NCBI GenBank assembly: GCA_045627885.1
Contig: JAZQOM010000066.1
Coordinates: 8,673-72,672, forward strand
DNA: 64,000 nucleotides
Direction of reading: 5' to 3'
Source: Eubacteriales bacterium
GTDB taxonomy: Bacteria; Bacillota; Clostridia; Oscillospirales; CAG-272
The notes beneath the pieces are model-generated. The model did not search any database. It had not been told where the DNA came from and saw only the letters and a list, made by a program, of their open reading frames with translations. Both the position numbers and the translations under genes were made by a program. Shown one piece after another: positions 58,692 to 64,000 of this stretch. Positions within the stretch are counted from its first letter, which is position 1; every line of letters begins with the position of its first letter.

Positions 58692-59459
58692 ATGAAAAGA
58701 TTTACAGCGGCACTTGCCGCACTGATACTTATAATATCCCTTGTTCCGTTTGCGGCTTTTGCCGCAAACGGCAAGGCAACCATGAGCTCCGCTGCCGCGG
58801 ATGCCGGAAAGAGCGTTACGCTTAAAGTGACGCTTTCCGGATTCGGAAAGTTCCAGAGCGGCTCCATAGAGTTTACTTCTCTTCCGAGCGGAATAAGCAT
58901 CAAGGACGGAAGCTGGATTTACGATGAGTCAAACGAGCCCTCCATCAAGGGCTTCCAGAAAAAAGACAAATGCGGAGTATTCAGCTACGAAGACGACACA
59001 GACTTAAACGGAGATATTTTTGAGGTCGTTTTAGATATCGGAAAAGATGTAAAAGCCGGAAAATACGAAGTAAAGTTCAATATGCAGTTTATGAAGAACA
59101 ACGGCGATTATGTCTCCGGCACCATGCAGAGCGGTTACATCACCGTAAACGGAGCAACAACTCCCGATACCGAGCCGGACACTCCGAGTGATGAGCCCAC
59201 CGATGAGCCCACTGATGAGCCCACCGACGAGCCCACTGACGAACCCACCGATGAGCCCACCGACGGACCCACCGATGAGCCTACTGATGAGCCTACTGAC
59301 GAGCCCACCGATGAGCCCACGGGTGATGAGAAGAACGAAAAGTCGGACGACAAGAAAAATGACGGACTTCTCCCGATAATACTCATATCGGTTGCTGGCG
59401 TCATAGCACTTGCGGCAATCGCATATTTCGTAATATCTCTCATTAAAAAGAAAAAATAA
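58692..59459 (+). CDS. membrane-anchored cohesin-like protein with (PTDE)n stalk
   Basis: Signal peptide. A ~130-aa beta-rich domain (GKSVTLKVTLSGFGKFQSGSIEF...GDIFEVVLDIGKDVKAGKYEVKF), a PTDE repeat stalk, a TM helix and KKKK. Lies 35 nt after the dockerin-like gene with no terminator between them. Confidence 0.65.
   Translation: MKRFTAALAALILIISLVPFAAFAANGKATMSSAAADAGKSVTLKVTLSGFGKFQSGSIEFTSLPSGISIKDGSWIYDESNEPSIKGFQKKDKCGVFSYEDDTDLNGDIFEVVLDIGKDVKAGKYEVKFNMQFMKNNGDYVSGTMQSGYITVNGATTPDTEPDTPSDEPTDEPTDEPTDEPTDEPTDEPTDGPTDEPTDEPTDEPTDEPTGDEKNEKSDDKKNDGLLPIILISVAGVIALAAIAYFVISLIKKKK
59190..59321 (+). repeat. 11 tandem 12-nt units (GATGAGCCCACC and variants) encoding (DEPT)n linker
   Basis: Read directly from the sequence. 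The repeat is in frame within the 58692-59459 CDS. Confidence 0.95.
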
Positions 59460-59476
59460 CGGCATATAGTTTTTTG

Positions 59477-59512
59477 AGCCTTTGCACAAAAATCGTGCAA
59501 AGGCTTTTTTTT
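59477..59512 (+). terminator. intrinsic terminator after the cohesin-like gene
   Basis: 11-bp stem AGCCTTTGCAC / GTGCAAAGGCT followed by a T8 run. Confidence 0.85.
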
Positions 59513-59524
59513 GATTAAAATAGC

Positions 59525-59553
59525 TTGACTAATATAAAAAACAGTTATATAAT
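59525..59553 (+). promoter_or_regulatory. sigma-A-type promoter for the 59597 surface-protein gene
   Basis: TTGACT, a 17-nt spacer, then TATAAT. Confidence 0.6.
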
Positions 59554-59596
59554 AAAAATGAATATATGTATATTTATATCCGAAAGGAATTTGATT

Positions 59597-62080
59597 ATGA
59601 AAAAGCTCAGGAGGGTTCTTGCGGTATGCCTTGTGTTGGCAATTACCGTTTTAGTACTTCCGACGGACTTCTATGAGTTCGACGCGGATGCGGCAGCCAT
59701 ATGGAACGGTTCGGTTGCGGGTTCGTTTGCAGGCGGAAACGGAACATCGTCTACCCCGTACATTATTTCTACCGGAGAACAGCTCGCACGCCTTTCAAAG
59801 CTTGTCAATGACGGAAATGCAAGCTTTGTTTCGGCATACTTTGTTTTGAACGCCGATATCAGACTTAACGATGTATCGCAGTACGACAAGTGGCATTCCC
59901 CCGAGGGAACCAACGCCGGCGGCGAAGCAACTACATCGGACGAAGACTGGTTCGGTACGGAAACGGGCAACGGCTCTGTTACGCCCGCACGCAATTGGAC
60001 GCCTATCGGCTCTTCGGCGCATCCCTTTAACGGAAACTTCAACGGAAACGGTCACTGCATAAGCGGACTTTATTGCTCAAGCGAAAGCGGCTATGCCGGA
60101 CTTTTCGGAAAGAACACCGGTACGGTAAGCAATGTTTCCACCATTAAAAGCTATGTAATATCAAGCGGAAATTATGCGGGCGGAATCATCGGCTACAACT
60201 CCGGCACTGTTTCCAAGATTGCAAACGCGGGCAAGGTCTCATCGACAAAGAATTTTGTCGGCGGACTTATCGGATATAACACGGGCAGTGTTTCCGACGG
60301 CGCATCCTACGGAAGCGTAACGGGCAAAGACAATGTCGGCGGATGCATCGGCGCGCATTACGGAACAAATACGGCCACAAGACTTCTCGCAACAGGCTCT
60401 GTTAAAGGCGTAAGCGCAGACGGCGCGGTTGTGGGATTCAGCGAGAATGTAAGCAAGGTCACCTCCTCATATTATAAGTCCACCATCGGAGCAACCGACG
60501 AGTCGGCAACATCAAAGACAGATTCCGTTCTTAAAAACGGCACGGCATTTTCGGGATGGTCGAATTGGACATTTACAAGCGGAAAATATCCCGAAATCAC
60601 AGGACTTCGCCTTGAGATATCTCATACATTCAGCAATAGCTGGTCAAGCGACGCAACGAATCACTGGCACGCCTGCATAGACGCAGACTGCACGGAAACA
60701 AGCGGACTTGCGGCTCACAGCGGCGGCACCGCAACCTGTTCGGCAAAGGCGGTATGCTCTGTCTGCGGCACAAGCTACGGAAATTACGGCGCACACAATC
60801 CGACTCATTATAATCGCGTCGAAGCGACACATACCGCACCCGGTAACATCGAGTATTGGTACTGCGCAACCTGCGGAAAGTATTTCTCAAATTCAACCTG
60901 CACAACACAGATAACGCAGGCGCAGACAGTTATAAGTCAGATTCCGCACAGCTTCTCGAATGTATGGTCAAAGGACGCGACGAAACACTGGCACGAATGC
61001 TCTTGCGGAGCTATTGACGGCGAAGCAACTCACAGCTTCACAAATGACTGCGACGCCGATTGTAATGTCTGCGGCTACATAAGAACGATAACTCACAACT
61101 ATCAGTGGGTTAAGGACGAGAGCGGCCACAAGCAGGTTTGCTCGGTCTGCGGCGATACGATAAACGAAGGTACACATACATATTCAAGTGCGTTTGACAC
61201 AAACTGCGATGACTGCGGATATGAAAGGCAGCTCGGAACGGTAAGCGGCACTTGCGGCGACGGTGTAACATACGAATACAATACGGTATCCGGCGCGGTT
61301 ATCATAAGCGGAGAGGGAGAAATCACACAGACTCCGTGGAACGAAAGAGCGACGGGAATCAAGAGCGTAACGATATCGGAGAAAATCACATCCGTTCCGT
61401 CGGGAGCATTTTCCGGATGCACGGCTCTTAAAACCGTATATGTTTACGGTAATCCCGAAATAGCGGCAAACGCATTTACCGGTTGCACGGGCGCAGAATT
61501 CTACGGCTGGCACTATACCGATATATACGATTTCTGCGGCGAGAACAGCTATAAATTCACAGGACTTGAGAGCTTCGAAATAACACATTTCCAAACAAAC
61601 ACAAATGAGCCCACAAAGTTCAGAGTTATCGCCGAAATGGTTCACACGGAAAAGTACAATACCGCCGGATTTGAGATAACGCTTAACGGCACGGACGGCG
61701 CGGGACACGATTTCAACAATTCTTTCCAGGAAAAAACGATAAAGACTGTATATAAGCTCCTGCACGCAACAGACAAAAACGGCAAGGACATCACGCTCGG
61801 CGCAGAGCAGGAAGACGGATATCTTTCGGCACTTATAATGAACGGTCCCGGTAATGCGGCTATGGGCAGTGACGCAAAGCTCGTATTTGCATTCACTCCT
61901 TATGTAACAAATATATATTCGGGCGAAAAGATATACTTTGATACCATCAAGTTTGTATATGAAAAGGGCGAATCTGCTCCCGTCATCAGACTTTATGACC
62001 CCGCTATCGATGAGAAGATTCCGTTCCACGCCGACGACGGTGAGGGAGAGGGCGAAATCATCGACTGGAATGATATGTAA
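59597..62080 (+). CDS. large secreted GLUG-motif surface protein with Cys/His-rich modules, BspA-type LRR and a C-terminal beta domain
   Basis: Start at the ATG at 59597 (signal peptide MKKLRRVLAVCLVLAITVL). GLUG repeats YAGGIIGYNSGTV, FVGGLIGYNTGSV and NVGGCIGAHYG. HWHxC modules lie at nt 60620-61230. Confidence 0.75.
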   Translation: MKKLRRVLAVCLVLAITVLVLPTDFYEFDADAAAIWNGSVAGSFAGGNGTSSTPYIISTGEQLARLSKLVNDGNASFVSAYFVLNADIRLNDVSQYDKWHSPEGTNAGGEATTSDEDWFGTETGNGSVTPARNWTPIGSSAHPFNGNFNGNGHCISGLYCSSESGYAGLFGKNTGTVSNVSTIKSYVISSGNYAGGIIGYNSGTVSKIANAGKVSSTKNFVGGLIGYNTGSVSDGASYGSVTGKDNVGGCIGAHYGTNTATRLLATGSVKGVSADGAVVGFSENVSKVTSSYYKSTIGATDESATSKTDSVLKNGTAFSGWSNWTFTSGKYPEITGLRLEISHTFSNSWSSDATNHWHACIDADCTETSGLAAHSGGTATCSAKAVCSVCGTSYGNYGAHNPTHYNRVEATHTAPGNIEYWYCATCGKYFSNSTCTTQITQAQTVISQIPHSFSNVWSKDATKHWHECSCGAIDGEATHSFTNDCDADCNVCGYIRTITHNYQWVKDESGHKQVCSVCGDTINEGTHTYSSAFDTNCDDCGYERQLGTVSGTCGDGVTYEYNTVSGAVIISGEGEITQTPWNERATGIKSVTISEKITSVPSGAFSGCTALKTVYVYGNPEIAANAFTGCTGAEFYGWHYTDIYDFCGENSYKFTGLESFEITHFQTNTNEPTKFRVIAEMVHTEKYNTAGFEITLNGTDGAGHDFNNSFQEKTIKTVYKLLHATDKNGKDITLGAEQEDGYLSALIMNGPGNAAMGSDAKLVFAFTPYVTNIYSGEKIYFDTIKFVYEKGESAPVIRLYDPAIDEKIPFHADDGEGEGEIIDWNDM

Positions 62081-62108
62081 TAATATAATGTAGAAAATCG
62101 GATATCGC

Positions 62109-62145
62109 AAAAGCCGGATTGTTCAAAAAACAGTCCGGCTTTTTG
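62109..62145 (+). terminator. intrinsic terminator after the 59597 gene
   Basis: Stem AAAAGCCGGA / TCCGGCTTTT followed by a T-run. Confidence 0.75.
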
Positions 62146-62281
62146 TATGGCACTTGCTTTTTGCGCTTGCAGAGCGTTGACTGCCCGATTGCCCGAAAAG
62201 CGATGGAATTTTTTGTTATTGAAAACGGTTGGGAGTATTCTGCTTTAAGCACAGATATTTTATAAAAAACAACATTTTTTA

Positions 62282-62310
62282 TTGACAATATTGAAAAGCT
62301 GTGTTACACT
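62282..62310 (+). promoter_or_regulatory. sigma-A-type promoter for the 62410 gene
   Basis: TTGACA, a 17-nt spacer, then TGtTACACT. Confidence 0.5.
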
Positions 62311-62409
62311 TTAGATGTATAATAATCTTATTATAGGCGTAATTGGCTATATTGGGATTTATAAATACTGAAAATCTTATTGCTGAAATTCAGCAGAAAG
62401 GACAAAAGT

Positions 62410-64000
62410 ATGAAGAGAATACTTGCGTTTCTTTGCGCAGCGGCTCTGATTGCGACCATGTGTACATTCTACATGGGCGAAGTTGCGACCGCTACAGCAG
62501 AAGCGCCCGTAGAAGTCACTGATTATGCAGAGCTTCGCGAAGCGCTCAATTCGGGCAAGAGTGTCAACATCATGAATGACATTGACTGCCAGCCGAATTA
62601 TGAAATGTCTTTCGACAAAGATACCGGCATTATTACATATACCGGCATTGCGGGCACTTCAGCGGCGAAGACCATCACAGTCAACACCGGCGACAGTGAC
62701 CATACACTCATCGGTGATGTTGTAGCCATTGACTGGGCAGATCAGCCCCTCGAGGGACTTCCCGATGACTTCAATGTCTGGGGAACACTTACTTCCAACT
62801 ACTACAAGGGTGTAGTAGAAGGTAACAACAAAACAATCAAAGATTTTTACGGCACTGACCCCTTCGTTACCTTCCTCGGTTACACAGACGGAACTTACGC
62901 TTCGATTCAAAATCTTAATTTTGAGAACGCAGTTGTAAACTCCACTCAGACAAGAGCGGGTATTGTCGCAAGAATTTCTTACGCTGACATCGTCAATGTC
63001 AATGTAAAGAACAGTGTTGTCATCAATACGATGACAAACGCTAACAGAACGGGCGGTATCGTAGGCTACGCGCTCTCTGCAGTTGGTCAGGGTACATTCA
63101 AGACCTCGATGACACAGCAAGAGTATGACACCGCTTACGCCGCAAATGTTGAAAAGCGCGCTCCTCGTCTTGACCATGTAACATTTGACGGTGCGGTATA
63201 CTCCGGATATAAGCCGACTACAGCACCCTCCGGCGCAGGCGAAAGCACGGGCGGACTTGTAGGTTACGCAGTAGGTATTGATATGACAAACTGCGCAAAC
63301 TACGGTACTGTCAAGATTCTTACTCCCAGCGGCATTACACATTATGGCGCTGCTGGTCTTATCGGAATTATCGAGAACACCCAGAAAACATTTACTACAA
63401 ATCAGCCTTATTATGGTGAAGTTGCTGTAACAAGAACAATCAGGCTTGTTAACTGCGCAAACTACGGAAGAGTTTACGGCGGCGCTAATAAAAATGCTTC
63501 TATCGCGGTTGTAAATATCCCCAATGTTTCCGACAAGCAGGAAATCATAATCGGAAACATTTACACAAGGTCTGACTATGTAAAGAAATCCGACGCCACC
63601 GGAACGGTTAACTCGTTCGCTGTTGTTGCAGGTCCTTCACGAGAAACGAGAACGATATCGGTTGCAGGAGCTGACATGACATTGTCGTCAATTCCCGCTG
63701 ATTATCGTGTATTCAACCTTGCCGTAACCGATCTCGGAGATTCGTTCGCCGCTAACCCCTATTACTACTCCAACACCGGTGTAGATAACAAGGACGGCAA
63801 AGCTGTTGACGCAACATGGAAGAAGAACGAAGCAACCGCTACAACGGCTGCAAGATTCAACGACTATGCATTTGCAAACGGCTACACTCTGTGGACAGAC
63901 AACATGGAGTTTGATACAAGCTTTGTTGCTCTCGAAGGCGAAGGCACGGAAGCTTCTCCCTATGTTGTTACCACTGCAGAAGAGCTCAACTACCTCGCAG
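62410..64000 (+). CDS. third GLUG/beta-helix-type secreted surface protein, 3' end beyond the window (absent from ORF track)
   Basis: I translated this by hand. ATG at 62410 after AAAGGA. The frame stays open to nt 64000 with no stop. Signal peptide MKRILAFLCAAALIATM. GLUG-like TGGIVGYAL, TGGLVGYAVG and AAGLIGII. GTEASPYVVTTAEELNYLA parallels GTSSTPYIISTGEQLARLS of the 59597 protein. Confidence 0.8.
   Translation, partial: MKRILAFLCAAALIATMCTFYMGEVATATAEAPVEVTDYAELREALNSGKSVNIMNDIDCQPNYEMSFDKDTGIITYTGIAGTSAAKTITVNTGDSDHTLIGDVVAIDWADQPLEGLPDDFNVWGTLTSNYYKGVVEGNNKTIKDFYGTDPFVTFLGYTDGTYASIQNLNFENAVVNSTQTRAGIVARISYADIVNVNVKNSVVINTMTNANRTGGIVGYALSAVGQGTFKTSMTQQEYDTAYAANVEKRAPRLDHVTFDGAVYSGYKPTTAPSGAGESTGGLVGYAVGIDMTNCANYGTVKILTPSGITHYGAAGLIGIIENTQKTFTTNQPYYGEVAVTRTIRLVNCANYGRVYGGANKNASIAVVNIPNVSDKQEIIIGNIYTRSDYVKKSDATGTVNSFAVVAGPSRETRTISVAGADMTLSSIPADYRVFNLAVTDLGDSFAANPYYYSNTGVDNKDGKAVDATWKKNEATATTAARFNDYAFANGYTLWTDNMEFDTSFVALEGEGTEASPYVVTTAEELNYLA

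Noticed and set aside
59190-59321. Regular 12-nt tandem repeat, considered as a possible CRISPR-like or minisatellite element.
   Set aside because: There are no spacers. The repeat is in frame and encodes a (PTDE)n linker inside a CDS, so it is a low-complexity stalk.
62659-63342. A 227-aa minus-strand ORF, the only track entry in this region.
   Set aside because: It is antisense to a much longer open plus-strand frame (62410 to the window end) that has a signal peptide and GLUG-like repeats. It is a shadow ORF.

Overview
This 64-kb window looks like chromosomal sequence from a Gram-positive anaerobe. Gene content (whiA, spoIID, hprK, an ECF FolT behind a THF riboswitch, cohesin/dockerin-type surface proteins) suggests a spore-forming Clostridia, possibly Oscillospiraceae/Ruminococcaceae-like; that placement is inference only.

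Most of the ~55 protein genes are housekeeping:
- Methionine synthesis: ynbB-like, metA.
- A minus-strand operon: alaS, HIT, PRTase, glyQS, mscL.
- htpG and a stand-alone addB.
- The ffs (SRP RNA)-dnaX-ybaB-recR block.
- rpiB/tsaB/tsaE, nadABC, and an FNT formate channel with fhs.
- PBP1A and dnaE.
- hprK-murB-rapZ-whiA, the alr operon, and spoIID.

RNA features are tRNA-Met, two tRNA-Glu, a long-form SRP RNA and a THF riboswitch. Several sigma-A-like promoters and intrinsic terminators are readable. I found no CRISPR array, no transposase, integrase or phage gene, and no recognisable defence system.

The accessory, poorly understood content is:
1. A locus of surface proteins at 55.4-64 kb. 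It holds three paralogous GLUG/beta-helix giants. One ends in a dockerin-like module and is followed directly by a membrane-anchored cohesin-like protein with a (PTDE)11 stalk. Two of the giants share Cys/His-rich 'HWHxC' modules.
2. A second cohesin-like/LRR protein at 33.3 kb, followed by two convergent small peptide genes (42 and 46 aa) that the ORF track misses and that are paralogous.
3. A translationally coupled three-gene operon of secreted proteins with unknown function at 9.2-11.9 kb.

Several ORF-track starts were corrected: HIT, addB, dnaX, tsaE, nadC, FAH, FNT, the ABC exporter, dnaE, murB, hprK, alr, spoIID and the surface proteins. All functional calls come from reading motifs by eye, with no database search.
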